A program made the translations under genes and the position numbers. From Podarcis tiliguerta (lineage: Eukaryota), in NCBI GenBank assembly GCA_965153285.1, contig OZ229126.1: a stretch of DNA of 64,000 nt; one strand, 5' to 3'. The notes under the pieces were generated by a model. It was not told the DNA's origin and ran no database searches. It saw nothing but the letters and a program-made list of their open reading frames with translations. Below, piece after piece: positions 38,753 through 50,920 of this stretch (positions are counted from its first letter, which is position 1; every line of letters starts with the position of its first letter).

Positions 38753-39494
38753 ATGAACCTTGTCTCCAACATAGCGAATTGCTGTCATAGGTGATATCTA
38801 TGATTGGTAAACACCAGTGTAACTTCCCAGAAATACGTAGTGGCTGAACTGAGCCCTGTGATTTGTAGAGTTGCAAGAGACTTGATGTCGTTAACTCACC
38901 TATGGGCCTCAAGCGATGTACTCCATTTTAAGAAGAGGTGGTTGACAGGAACATTATTCCCATTAGTGCGCTCCTAAATGAGAGGAATTCCTGCTCTGCA
39001 GAGATTATGCTTGGAGCCTGAATTAAAATCTTTTTGTCCCCTGGTTACCATTGTAACAACATTGCTTATTCCCATTGAACATGCCATCAATTCCCAAGCA
39101 GCCCTTCTCCTCAGTCAAGTAACATGGCGGTCAACTTGACCTTCTCCCAACTATATCTAGTTTATTAACATGGCTATCACTTGTTTAGAAAACACATTCC
39201 AAGGTGCTCTGTGACATACAAAGTCTCCAACCACCTTCACATTCTCATTCCCTGTGTTCTGCTATATTTTGCTGGAAGCCGCTCAGAGCGGCTGGGACAA
39301 ACCAGTCAGATGGGCAGAAGGCAAATAAATTATGGTTATTATTGCCAGCACTATTTTTATGGAAAAGGAGGTGCCTGAATACACAAGGGATGCCTCCCTT
39401 GTTCTCTTAGAATGGTAATGGCGCCCACATGAGAAGTGCCGGAACTGAGTTCCAACTAAATAAAAGCCCTGATTATTACCATTCGTCAGTCATA

Positions 39495-39852
39495 CAGTGG
39501 TGCCCCGCAAGACGAATGCCTCGCAAGATGGAAAACCCGCTAGACGAAAGGGTTTTCCGTTTTGGAGGTGCTTCGCAGGACGAATTTGCTATGGGCTTGC
39601 TTTGCAAGACGAAAATGTCTTGCAATTCCTGGGGTTTTTTTTCCCGCTCCCCACCCTCTTTTTCTAAGGCACTAAGCTGCTAATAGCCTTTTAGCAGCTA
39701 ATCCGCTAATCCCTTAAGCCTTTAATAGCCACTAATAGCCGCTAAACAGCTAATAGCGCTAATCCGCTAATGGGCTTGCTTCGCAAGACGAAAAAACCGC
39801 TAGACGAAGAGACTCACGGAACAGATTCTTTTCATCTTGCGAGGCACCACTG
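39495..39852. mobile_element. Tc1/mariner MITE family B, copy 1, with internal GCTAA array
   Basis: TA|cagtggtgccccgcaagacgaa...ttcatcttgcgaggcaccactg|TA. Confidence 0.9.
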
Positions 39853-40903
39853 TAATTAACTACTCAAGGCTGATACCATTGCTATGCTTTTACTGCATTT
39901 TTTTTTTTTTTAAAAATGTTATTAAGGGTACAATCCTATCCATCCCTACCTCAGGGTAGATCACTTCCTACAGAGTGGAACTTAAATGCACAGGACCTGG
40001 AATGCCATTTATGGTAGAAAAGCATCAGACAAACATTCTCCTCCTTCCTCAAAGGAGAGAAACTAACTTACTAAATGAACATATAGGATTTGTGTACACA
40101 CACACACACACACACACACACTTAATTTATATGGTGTTTTACAGATTGTTTTCGGACAAACAACAAATTGACTTAGTCAACGGCAGTCTTTCAAACAGAA
40201 AGCTTTTGTGCTTCAGTTTCTCTTCATGGTTAACTTAAAAGGTAACTGCCTTGAATGAACACCTGGGCAAGAAATGCACTTGCTATTCACATATCACACT
40301 TCCCTATGTTCCCTCTTCAAATCACTGTCTGTGGGACCCTTATTACAATTCACGAACCCTGCAATACACTCCTAATGATGGCTTTCACCCCCCAAAAAAC
40401 ACTAAGGTCAGGTGATGCTACTAAATGCCATGATCAAATCTCTTTAGAAGGTGAGGCAAATTTTCTTTTTTCCCTCCCACCGGACAATCAGCAGAGCATC
40501 ACAATCAATGTGGTGTATCATATAGTATTACGCAAACTTAATTATGCTATATTATGGGCAGTACAAACCACTGGGGTAACATCGCTGAGATCAATATAGC
40601 TAACACCAGAAAGAACTCTATGAAGCTTATTGCTTGCACCGGTGGTCAATACAGCCTTTCTTAAAAGGCAAGGAGGAACTTTTGCAAAGATTTGAGTTTC
40701 CCACATGCATGGGAATGAGGGTGGGATGAGCCCGGTGCCTAGCTGTGTGAGATGCATCAATGCAATTTCCCGTAAGTCAGAAACTTGAAACAATACAGCT
40801 GCCGCGATGAGTGAATAGCTGATGGAGCTTGTGTGAGCTTCAGTGGCAAGCCAGGGCATTGCTCTAGTGTGAATGACAAGTGATGGACCGAATCGCAGGG
40901 GAG

Positions 40904-41091
40904 NNNNNNNNNNNNNNNNNNNNNNNNNNNNNNNNNNNNNNNNNNNNNNNNNNNNNNNNNNNNNNNNNNNNNNNNNNNNNNNNNNNNNNNNNNNNNNNNN
41001 NNNNNNNNNNNNNNNNNNNNNNNNNNNNNNNNNNNNNNNNNNNNNNNNNNNNNNNNNNNNNNNNNNNNNNNNNNNNNNNNNNNNNNNNNNN
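40904..41091. other. Assembly gap (188 N)
   Basis: N run. Confidence 0.99.
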
Positions 41092-42031
41092 TGCATCGCT
41101 ACAAATTAAGGTGGGAGAGATGAGACAGGGGCTGGAGCGATGCCTTGAACGGGAAGGCAATGTCATCATGGAAGCCGAGATAAGAACCGAAAAGAGCCGA
41201 GATAACTACGAGGTGAATTACGGTTCTTAATAACAACAATGAATTGGCACGAACAGCTTTTTAATTTTTTCCTGGGGGCTTTTCATAGGAGAGCAGATGC
41301 TGAATGGATCCAGCGCTGACAAAAATAAATGAGGAGAAAATCGCAGCAAAGGAAAGCGGGGGGTTGGGGCTCGGGTGACATGTTCAGAGAAGTTTTCTTT
41401 TTAATGAAGGAAATAATAAACTTCTGTGGTGAAGATAATCTCTTAACAGGCTTCGCCAACGGTGTGATAGTTGATTTGTCAAATCTGTAAGGAAGCGCAC
41501 CAGCCTGGGAAGAAATTCTACCTATTGCGGCATTTGAGATGAAGCTGGCCCACATGCAGTATGAATTTTACAAATATTGGCTGCATTAATGACTGTGTTT
41601 TCTTCCTGCAATAAACTGCAGTAATGCAAATGTGATCCTGGCCCAGCATAAGAACAAATTCTGAAAGTTTTCCACAAAGGACATGCCGCCCCTATTCAAA
41701 TCACATAGCACCTCCTTCCTTCTTTCCTCTAAGCTGAAAAGCTAAAGTACAAATCACAATACAATACTGTTCTCTCTCTGGTGTCTTCCTCAGCAATAAG
41801 ATTGAGATTCTGAGCTCCTGTGCATTTTCTTCTTCTCATGGAATTCTGTGCCTTAATGTCGCTATAATAAATAATAAACAATATCTCCATGAGTAACCCT
41901 TAAACATAACTGCGGGTTTCTTTTAGCAGGAGCAGGAATGAGGAATTTAAAAACAAACCAGCCTCACGCAGCCTGCTTTTCCATAAGGGTCCATCTTTAT
42001 TTCAGCCACAAAGAAAGATCTAAACTGGATA

Positions 42032-42390
42032 CAGTGGTGCCACGCAAGACGAATGCCTCGCAAGACGGAAAACCCGCTAGACGAAAGGGTTTTCCGTTTT
42101 TCAATGCGCTTCGCAGGACGAATTTCTCTATGGGCTTGCTTTGCAAGATGAAAATGTCTTGCGATTCTTGCAAATTTTTTTTCGCTCCCCACCCCCTTTT
42201 TCTAAGGCACTAAGCTGCTAATAGCCTTTTAGCAGCTAATCCGCTAATCCCTTAAGCCTTTAATAGCCGCTAATAACCGCTAAACCGCTAATAGCGCTAA
42301 TCCGCTAATAGGGTTGCTTCGCAAGACGAAAAAACCGCTAGACGAAGAGACTCGCGGAACGGATCCTTTTCGTCTTGCGAGGCACCACTG
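42032..42390. mobile_element. Tc1/mariner MITE family B, copy 2
   Basis: TA-flanked; closely similar to 39495-39852 and in the same orientation. Confidence 0.9.
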
Positions 42391-43329
42391 TATTTACCTG
42401 GCAGCTAAGCTTTTGGCATGAGCCAGCCAAAGTTGCATATTTTTAGGTCTTGGGCAGTGCTTAAGCATTTGCTTGGATGTTCCAAAAGTGGGGTACGGGT
42501 GGGTAGCCTAATGCGCTTTATGCTGTGGGAAGGATATTGCTGAAGTGCCTTCAACAGACTTCTCATAATCAAAGAGTGACGCCCTTCCACCGCAATTACA
42601 CTCCATGCTGCTGGGTGCAATAGGTCTCCTTGGATTGGTGCCTTCCAGCACCTGCCACAGGATCCTAACAGGCCAAGTCTTGCCCCTCCTTTTTATACAT
42701 ATATTTAAATGAATTTTATTAACATCATCAAGCAGTGATTAACATTCACATCTATTGTCACATCATACAAATGTAAACACAAAATTACTACATTACAATA
42801 TATTTTCTCTGCATGATCCAAAATATTTGGTGGTCCAAAAAAACTCTTTAGAATTCAGCAGCTTATCAAAAATCAAAACCATATTCTATTTAGAATGAAG
42901 TTGTGTTAGCAGAGGCAGACAGGAAAAATCAACTCAATACAGATTTAGAGGTTTTGTGGAAGGATATGTTTGAAGGGAATATTCTAACATACAGAAAACA
43001 CATTCAATTTAAAGCTTTCAAGCATAACTCATACAACCTAAGTTGAAAGAAAGATCTGGCTACTTCAACTATTGTTAGTACATCCAACTCTTTAACAATT
43101 AATTTTAGGATAGGTAGGAGTTAATTGAGAGAACTTTTGATTCTGTCCCCCCCCCCCAGGGGGGGTATGGAGAAGAAAGAGTGCCTTTAAGTTTTGCCTC
43201 TCCTAATCTGGCACACTTTGTCTCTTGTTTACTGGACTTTGATGTTCTTCTGGCCATCACCCTATGCAACCTATGTCCACCCAATGCCACCCTAAGCTAG
43301 TATAGGGAACATTCTTTAATTCATGGGAT

Positions 43330-43490
43330 TTATTGCACTGATATCCCATCTTTCTTCCAATGAACTCATGTTTCTCTCTTCCTCCCTGTTTTATCCTCAG
43401 AACAACCCTGTGAGGTAGGTTAGGCCGGGAGGCTGAGACTGGCCCAAGGTCACCCAGTAAGTTTCAGAGCTGAGTAGGGATTTGCACCAT
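43330..43490 (-). mobile_element. Old CORE/MIR-like SINE fragment
   Basis: tcctcagaacaaccctgtgaggtagg...ggcccaaggtcacccag, the reverse complement of a CORE domain. Confidence 0.65.
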
Positions 43491-43919
43491 TCAAACTGCT
43501 GCATTTCGCAGGGGAGAATACATAGAAGCAGGAGCCCAACTTTCATGTATTTAGTTGAGACGAACATGCCATCCATAACTTTATTTGCCTTTATTTTATC
43601 ATGGGTGATGTGACCCTCATATTGGTCACAGTTTCTGCAGAACTCTGACAATGCCCAAACCTGATTCCCTTTCAACTCTACATCTACTCCAGTTTTGGTA
43701 TTTGCTGTTCTCACATGGAAGGTCCCTCCAGATCAGCTGTTGAATTTATTTAATGCACCCCTCTGTTTTAAAATTGGGTTTCCCTACCCACAATGCTGTG
43801 TAGGGGGAAATGGCAGCTCTGTTAATAAAGGCATTCCTCCATGTTAGAATGAGACTTTATTTGCTGCTGCATTCTAACCTATCAACAGTGACTTAAAAGA
43901 CATTACACACAAAATGTAA

Positions 43920-44558
43920 GGGTAAGGAAAGTGCTTTTTACCATATGCGGTGGTCCTGTAAAAAAGTAAAAGTCTTCTGGGAAATGATATACAATGAATT
44001 GGAAAAAAAAAATGTTTAAGATAACTTTTGTCAAAAAACCAGAAGCCTTTTTACTTCGGTTAACAGGGGATGAAATACCAAGGGACTTAAAAAGACGATT
44101 TATGTATGCGACAACAGCCGCAAGAATGCTGCTTGCCTAGAAATGGAAAGAAGAGAAAGTACCAACAAAAGAAGAATGGATAACTAAGATGATGGACTAT
44201 GCCGAAATAGCAAAGATGACCATGAAGATCAAAGATCAGGATGAGAAAAAATTTGAACACGAATGGAAGAAATTTATAGACTATTTAAAAGACCACTGTA
44301 AATATATCAAAACATTAGAAGGTTTGATATAACATTTATGAAAGTATATAATTGGAAATTAGGATAAATAAGAGGGAAAACAAAGCGTTTGGAGAAATAA
44401 AATAAGATGCAAGAAATCGGGGGGAGAAAATTGGAATCCAGGGGAAAGGAGGGGGGAAGTCTATATTGTATCTTTGGAAAAGTACTGAATTTATAAAATA
44501 TTGTGATTATAAAATTTGAAAATAAAGTATTGAAAAATTAAAAAGAAAAGAAAAGAAA
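43920..44558 (+). mobile_element. L1-clade LINE 3' end (ORF2 C-terminus remnant, 3' UTR, A-rich tail)
   Basis: YHM.WSCKKVKVFWEMIYNEL...KKPEAFLL...FMYATTAARMLLA*KWK...EEW; AATAAA at 44521 followed by an A-rich tail. Confidence 0.8.
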
Positions 44559-45661
44559 TCACACACATGCACACCTCACTTTGTGTATGTATGAGCTAAG
44601 TTTGCCTACCATTGGACATGCAGCAGAAGTGACTACAAATCCCAGGAAGGAAGGAAGGAAGGAAGGAAGGAAGGACAGTTTTCTGAAAAAAAATTGTAGG
44701 CTTTTGAATGTGTACAGAAGGAAAAGAAAAACAAAACCGAAATTCACTTAACCCCATTCACATGTCTAGCCAGCTGATTGTTTAAGTGTGATTTACTTCT
44801 TTAATGTATAAACTTCATCACAGAACCATCAGAATGTTTCCATTCAGCAAGCGCAAACAAACAAACAGAAGAGAAGCCACAAAATAATTATAAAACATAT
44901 GGCGTGCACCACGGCTGTGTTTATTTTATGACAGTTAACTTTATTTACAGTGTAATCTGGGAAGAATTAATTCTCAAAGGACTTTACACAAAATATGGCC
45001 AGTTCCCCCCTCCTGCCCCACCTCACCCTCAAACCGCACACACCAGAGTTATGTTGTCAACCCGAGTAAATAAACTGTCCTAAGTGGAAATCTCTTGTTT
45101 TCTACAAACAAAATGCAATGCCTTGCTTTTTGTGTAATGGGTTCATTATGAATTCTTGAGTGACAAAAACTATACATTGCCAGCAGCAATAAAAGCCAGG
45201 ATACTAGGAAGGACGGCTGGTTTTTATACCATGCCAAAGTTTGGTGGAAACATAACATTTTAAAAGGCTTCCTCTGCCTGAATTTGCTTCTCAGGATGGT
45301 CTTGTGTTCACATTAGCCATGTATCTCTACAGCTTGAGAAAAGCTTTGTGCAAATATACTCTCTTTTTTGTTTTTCACAGTCGGTTATTATGGTAACATA
45401 TTTCCAGAGACATTTGGAAGAGAGCAGTAACTCATTTTAGAAGCTAGTTACTAACTTGGCTCGATGTTTCAGGCAGAAGTATTAAATATTATGCAGGACA
45501 GCACCCAAATAACACCGCTTCTCAGGGAAGTTTTCGGAAACCAGGAAGGAAGAGCTTCTTGCCCCATGTTATGCTTCAAAGCAGACCTGGTCTACCCTTG
45601 GCCTCTGTCCATACCTTCCCTTCCACGCATGAGACATAAATGTAAGACTAAGGTCTAATTG

Positions 45662-45760
45662 ATGCTGGGTTAGCTCAGTTGGTAGAGCATAAGATGCACA
45701 GGTTCGATCCCCACCTTGGGTAAAAAAAACCCTGCATTGCAGGGGATTGGACTAGAAGAC
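45662..45760 (+). mobile_element. tRNA-derived SINE remnant with CR1-like tail
   Basis: A box tagctcagttgg and B box ggttcgatccc, but no complete cloverleaf; followed by cctgcattgcaggggattggactaga. Confidence 0.6.
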
Positions 45761-45910
45761 TCTACATTTCTTTGATTTTACAGATTCAATTGGTTTTACC
45801 ACACTGCTGATGTCTGAGTTACAGTGCCATGGAAGCGCAGGGAGTGCTGGTCTCGCTTTGGTTCTTGGAGTGCAGCTTGGAAATAAACTTGGAATGCAGT
45901 ATTCAGCAGC

Positions 45911-46137
45911 AGCAGCAGATTGCATGGAGGGGTGAAGTTGCTTACCTGACCCTTGGCCAGGTAAGCCTGCCTGATTACCCAGAGGAGGTGTGGCAAGGCA
46001 GCAGGGTGCAGTGCAAACACACCAGCAGAGCTAATGTGGCATTCTTGCAGGTGTGTTTGCACTGCACTGCCCTACCTGGCTCCTTATCTTGGGGAGGAAA
46101 GGTAAGTGCCTTCATCCCACCATGGAGTCTGCTACTG
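45911..46137. repeat. Imperfect ~230-bp palindrome with a perfect 18-bp inner stem
   Basis: gtgcagtgcaaacacacc (46006-46023) is the reverse complement of 46050-46067; outer arms cagcagcagattgcatgg...cttacct and aggtaag...ccatggagtctgctactg are also complementary. Confidence 0.8.
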
Positions 46138-46278
46138 TTCATCACTAGTGTTTGGGTGTTCAGAGGTGGGGTGAAACATGCCTTCTTCACTGAATAGCTT
46201 TTTCTCAGTTCTGCCAGTGTTTCTGGTTTGGTACTATGAGCTTCAATGGGAAAGCTGCACTGCTCCAGCACTGTCTAT

Positions 46279-46282
<4 letters not shown>

Positions 46283-46333
<51 letters not shown>

Positions 46334-46711
46334 TTATTACTTATACCCCACCCATCTGGCGGGGCCTCCCCAGCCACTCTGGGCAGCTTCCAACAGAATA
46401 TTAAAAACACAATAAAACTTCAAACATTAAAAACTTGCCTAAACAGGGATGCCTTCAGATGTCTTCGAAAAGTCAGCTAGTTGTTTATTTCCCTGACATC
46501 TGGCGGGAGGGTGTTCCACAGGGCGGGTGCCACTACCGAGAAGGCCCTCTGCCTGGTTCCCTGTAACCTTACTTCTCGCAGAGAGGGAACCTCCAGAAGG
46601 CCCTCGGTCCTGGACCTCAGTGTCTGGGCTGAATGATGAGGGGTGGAAACGCTCCTTCAGGTATACTGGGCTGAGGCCTTTTAGGGCTTTAAAGGTCAGC
46701 ACCAACACTTT
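46283..46711 (-). mobile_element. L2-like LINE 3' fragment with (ATT)n tail
   Basis: Minus-strand VLVLTFKALKGLSPVYLKERF; (AAT)n at 46283-46333. Confidence 0.85.
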
Positions 46712-47060
46712 CTCTAGAGATATGACAGATCACCCCCCCCCCCCAAATGTGGTAGTGGTGGGGTTTGATGAACATTTATGTCAGTCAAAAGTAGTGCTAC
46801 CTTTGGCTTAGTGTGTCTAAACCGGGAAATGTGGTTAAGCTCTCTCATCTCTAACAGCAACCTATTTTCAACTAATGTACTTCAAGGATTACCTTCGCCC
46901 ATGGACATTAAGATAATCCTCAGCAGCTTCCCTACAAGTCCTCCCTCTGGAATCAGGTAGCTGTTGTGGAATGCTCTCCCTGGGGAGGCTTACCTGGTGC
47001 TGAGATTGATGTACTTTAAGAGCCAGATGAAGACCTTCTGATCTGCCCAGGCCTTCTAGA

Positions 47061-47325
47061 CAGAGGTGCCGAGTTGCGCCAACATTGAGGGGGCCCATGG
47101 CATGCCCATGACATCACGTGTGCTCGGGCATCATGAGTGTGTGACATCATGCCCATCACACAAATGCAGAGGAAGCCAACCATGAGGAAGTCCCTTGCCA
47201 GCACGCCTTCTCAATCATCAAAGTGACACGCCAGTGCGAACATGCTTTGCTCTGGTGGGCCCCTTTAAGATTGTCGGGAAGTTCAACACTGAGGGGGCTC
47301 GGCCCCCATAGAGTTGGCCGACCTG
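47061..47325. mobile_element. Probable hAT-type non-autonomous element inside an older L2-like relic
   Basis: Degenerate inverted ends; resembles 57191-57379; TSD poorly preserved. Confidence 0.45.
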
Positions 47326-47759
47326 TTACTCGATGTTTTAGCATTGGCTTGTATTTTAATCTAGCTGGCACTAGCTCATTGTGGCTGTTCTGTTTGCTTT
47401 GTTATTTTTATTGCTGCTTTATTGTGTTTTTAAATTATTGTTAGCCACTCTTGAGAGCCTCGGGGCTACAGAGCAGGATATAAAATGCTTAAAATAAAGG
47501 TAATGGTTTATTTTATGAGTGCTTGTCGTGGTTAGTTTCTATACCTCATAATAACTGGAGTTACAGGTGCCCTTGAGGTAACAAAAACAAGCAAAGGGAA
47601 GCACCAATTCCTACATCCTTCCCAAACACGTTTCCCCCGTCTCAAGTCTTGGTAGCTTTTCACTGGTCATGATGGAAGATTATCATCTTTCAGTTGTAAA
47701 TTAATCCTTTCTCCATTCTACCTGGGACGTGGGATTTTTTGTTCAGCCAAAACAATCTA

Positions 47760-48018
47760 CCGTATTTTTCGCTCTATAAGACGCACCAGACCACAAGACG
47801 CACCTAGTTTTTGGAGGAGCAAAACAAGAAAAAAAATATTCTGAATCTCAGAAGCCAGAACAGCAAGAGGGATCACTGCGCAGTGAAAGCAGCAATCCCT
47901 CTTGCTGTTCTGGCTTCTGGGATAGCTGCGCAGCCTGCATTCACTCCATAAGACGCACACACATTTCCCTTTATTTTTAAGGAGGGGAAAAGTGAGTCTT
48001 ATAGAGCAAAAAATACGG
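47760..48018. mobile_element. Tc1/mariner (pogo-like) MITE family C with internal perfect hairpin
   Basis: TA|ccgtatttttcgctctataagac...gtcttatagagcaaaaaatacgg|TA. Confidence 0.9.
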
Positions 48019-49326
48019 TATTTCCAATCTGCATATATTGAAATAAATGCACGCCACTCTACCCCTCTCTCCCAAACATGTGGCAGTCCTTGGCAAAATA
48101 CCTAAGTAGTTTCTCAGAGTTTGTATGATGTGGCCATAATTGCTGCACCATTAGTCTGCACTTTTGCCGCCTTAATATTCCACTTGCATAAAACATATTT
48201 CTTGCTGGGCAGGCGAAATTGTCCTTAGGGTGGTATTCAGTGCTAGTCCTGCTCAGAGTAGACCCACTGGAAGCTAACAGAGATGACTAACTTAGGTTTA
48301 TTAATTTCAGTGGGTCTGCTATGAGTAGGTCTTAGCTGAATACAGCAGGACCACACATTTCCTGCTGAGACAACATTAAGATTCTACTGCTCACGCAATT
48401 TTTCCCTGCCATAAAAATGGCTATGGGTAGTTTTAGAATGTTAAAGCTATGCCCAAAATTCTGATTCAGAACTTTTCAATTCAAAGCAATCTTTGTTGCT
48501 TTTTTCTTCTCTTTAACCCTAGAACTTGCAGTTATTGGTTACCGGTGTCTTACAAAGCCAAATGAGCAATTATTGGGAATAATTTTACAGATGCTGGGAA
48601 CGCTGCACAACAAAATATAAGTGAAGCAAACAGAAATACAAAGTTTTAGAACACATTCTAAAACATTCTTATGTCTTAATGGGAGGGTAAATCTATGTTC
48701 TCATCACTATATATTTTATTTTTAAAAATCTGTCCATATCAATTTTAAACTTATTAAGCATTAAAAGCCATTTCTCGCTATCTTCAGCACTGTACTTCTG
48801 ACTTCCTTGAAGGCAACAATAAGTGTTAATGACATTTACCCCTTCTGATAAGAGTCATTCTCACTTCACTATTATTCCTTGTTATTGCATAGGACAGGCA
48901 CTAGCAGTGCATTGAAAGATCAGTGCTGCGAGAGAAACAGCTCCCCTTGAGATGTCTTAGACTTCAAGAAAAAACACTAAATCAATGTATCCTAGAGAAA
49001 CGGAAAGTCTGATTCTTTCGGGACCTTCACAGTTTTTAACTGTGGCCCTAAAATTTCAAGACTGCCTAAAGACAGTGCCATTAGCATACCACAAATGAAA
49101 ACTAGTCCCTAAATTTCAAAAATTCAGGTACATAAGTGTCTAAATGAGATAAAAAAAACCAAGCCCGCTCCAGTAATTAGAAAAGATTGTGACATTTACT
49201 GAAGATTGGAAATGTCCCATAGACTTTTTGCATGGAAAAAGAAAAGAAATAAAGACATTTGGATTTGAGGAAGATAATGTTTGCTTATAGAAAGTGGTTT
49301 TGTTGGGTGATCTATTGGAGTGGGTG

Positions 49327-49506
49327 GAGGAGTGTCTCCACCCCCATCGTTCAGCCCAGACACTGAGGTCCAGCGCTGAGGGCCTTCTGGCAGTTCCCTC
49401 CCTGCGACAAGGGAGGTTACAGGGAACCAGTCAGAGGGCCTTCTCGGTGGTGGCGCCCGCCCTGTGGAATGCCTTCCCATCAGATGTCAAGGAGATAAGG
49501 AACTAG
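49327..49506 (+). mobile_element. L2-like LINE internal fragment
   Basis: LHPHRSAQTLRSS...RAFSVVAPALWNAFPSDVKEI. Confidence 0.8.
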
Positions 49507-49632
49507 TAATCAACTAGTAATCAACTAGAGTCTTGAGCTTACCCATAGTCAGGTAAGTCCCACTGAAATCAGCAGGCAGTTGGTGGAAGGAGCATGGCTC
49601 TTTGCACGCAGAAAGTCCCATGTTCTCTAAGC

Positions 49633-49768
49633 CAGGCACAGGCAAACTTGGCCCTCCAGATGTTTTGGGACTACAACTCCCATGATCCCTAGCTAACAGG
49701 ACCAGTGGTCAAGGATGATGGGAATTGTAGTCCCAAAACATCTGGAGGGCCGAGTTTGCCTGTGCCTG
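49633..49768. mobile_element. 136-bp palindromic hAT MITE
   Basis: TIR caggcacaggcaaact / agtttgcctgtgcctg; 8-bp TSD ctctaagc / ccctaagc. Confidence 0.9.
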
Positions 49769-50451
49769 CCCTAAGCATCTCTAGTTAGGACAGATAAAGA
49801 CTACCGTCTAAAACCCTGAATTGCTGTTTGTAGTCAGTATAGACCAGGTGGGCAGGGTATAAATAATAAAATTGTTGTTGTTGTTCATATAAAGTGGACA
49901 GAGGAAGAATCAGAAGTTCTTTAGTTTCTGAACTTTATCTTTTCTTCTTTCTCTTTTAAGCACTTTTCTACTTCTTTCTCTTTCTTTCTCTCTCTCTTTC
50001 TCTTTTTCTCTATATTTTTATCTTATTTAGCTTAATGTTGGATTTAAAAAAAGATATTTGAGAATAAGTTGGGTATTTTTCTTTATAAACACTAATAAAA
50101 TTTATTTTAAAAAGAAAGGAAAAGATCGTGACACTGAAAGGTTCAGAAATAACACGTGGTTGAATGGATAATGGCATGACCCTTTCACTTATTCAGGTGC
50201 AAAGAGTTTCACGTGGCAGGGCTTCCATACAAAGGCAGTTTGTGTTGGCTTTATGTTTATGTTTCACCTCCCACCTATATAATACTGAATGAGATATTTC
50301 CTTTAGAGTATGTCCAGATGGCAACTTTCCATAAGGCACCCACCTAGATGCTGCAAAAGGCAAGTAAGGAGCCATGGGATTAATGTAAGAAGCGAGCTTA
50401 CAGCAGTCCCATGAAAGCCCCTGTTGGCCAGCATATAACCAAAGTCTAGAT

Positions 50452-50639
50452 CAGGGGTAGTCAACTTTTTTTATACCTACCGCCCACTAATGCATCTTTC
50501 TTGATGGTAAAAATTTCCTTACCGCCCACCAGTGCTCGATAGAAGGAGGATTCAGCTTGTGCTGTAGAACCCCCTACCGCCCACCTAGAATCCTGAAATG
50601 CCCACTAATGGATGGTAGGGACCAGGTGGACAAACCCTG
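50452..50639. mobile_element. hAT (Charlie-like) non-autonomous element
   Basis: Perfect 8-bp TSD gtctagat at 50444-50451 and 50640-50647; CAGGG...CCCTG ends; repeated internal taccgcccac. Confidence 0.88.
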
Positions 50640-50690
50640 GTCTAGATGATGTCTGCTGTTCCTGTGAGATTTTAGAGATCAGAAAGAGTA

Positions 50691-50920
50691 CAGTGGTATC
50701 TTGATTTATAACCATAATCTGTTCCGGAGGTCCGTTAGTAGACCAAAGCAGGTTGTAACCCAAGGCACGCTTTCCCCAATGGAGCCTCCAAAAATGTTTT
50801 GTTCGTAATCCAAAAAAAAGGGGAGGGGTTGTAATCCAAAAAAAGGTTGCAAACCAGGACACACACTTCTGGGTTTTATGTGTTTGTAATCCAAACTGTA
50901 TGCAAACCAAAGTACCACTG
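50691..50920. mobile_element. Tc1/mariner (Tigger-like) MITE
   Basis: TA|cagtggta...taccactg|TA. Confidence 0.8.

Noticed and set aside
39670-39775. CRISPR-like or telomeric array
   Set aside because: Short irregular units with no unique spacers, not TTAGGG, and internal to a MITE in a vertebrate genome.
38567-41230. ORFs spanning the N runs, and microsatellite-driven ORFs elsewhere (poly-N/L/Y/E, PSFL repeats)
   Set aside because: Artefacts of assembly gaps and simple repeats.
45662-45720. A tRNA gene
   Set aside because: A and B boxes are present, but the anticodon arm and acceptor stem are not and a CR1-like tail follows; it is a SINE head.
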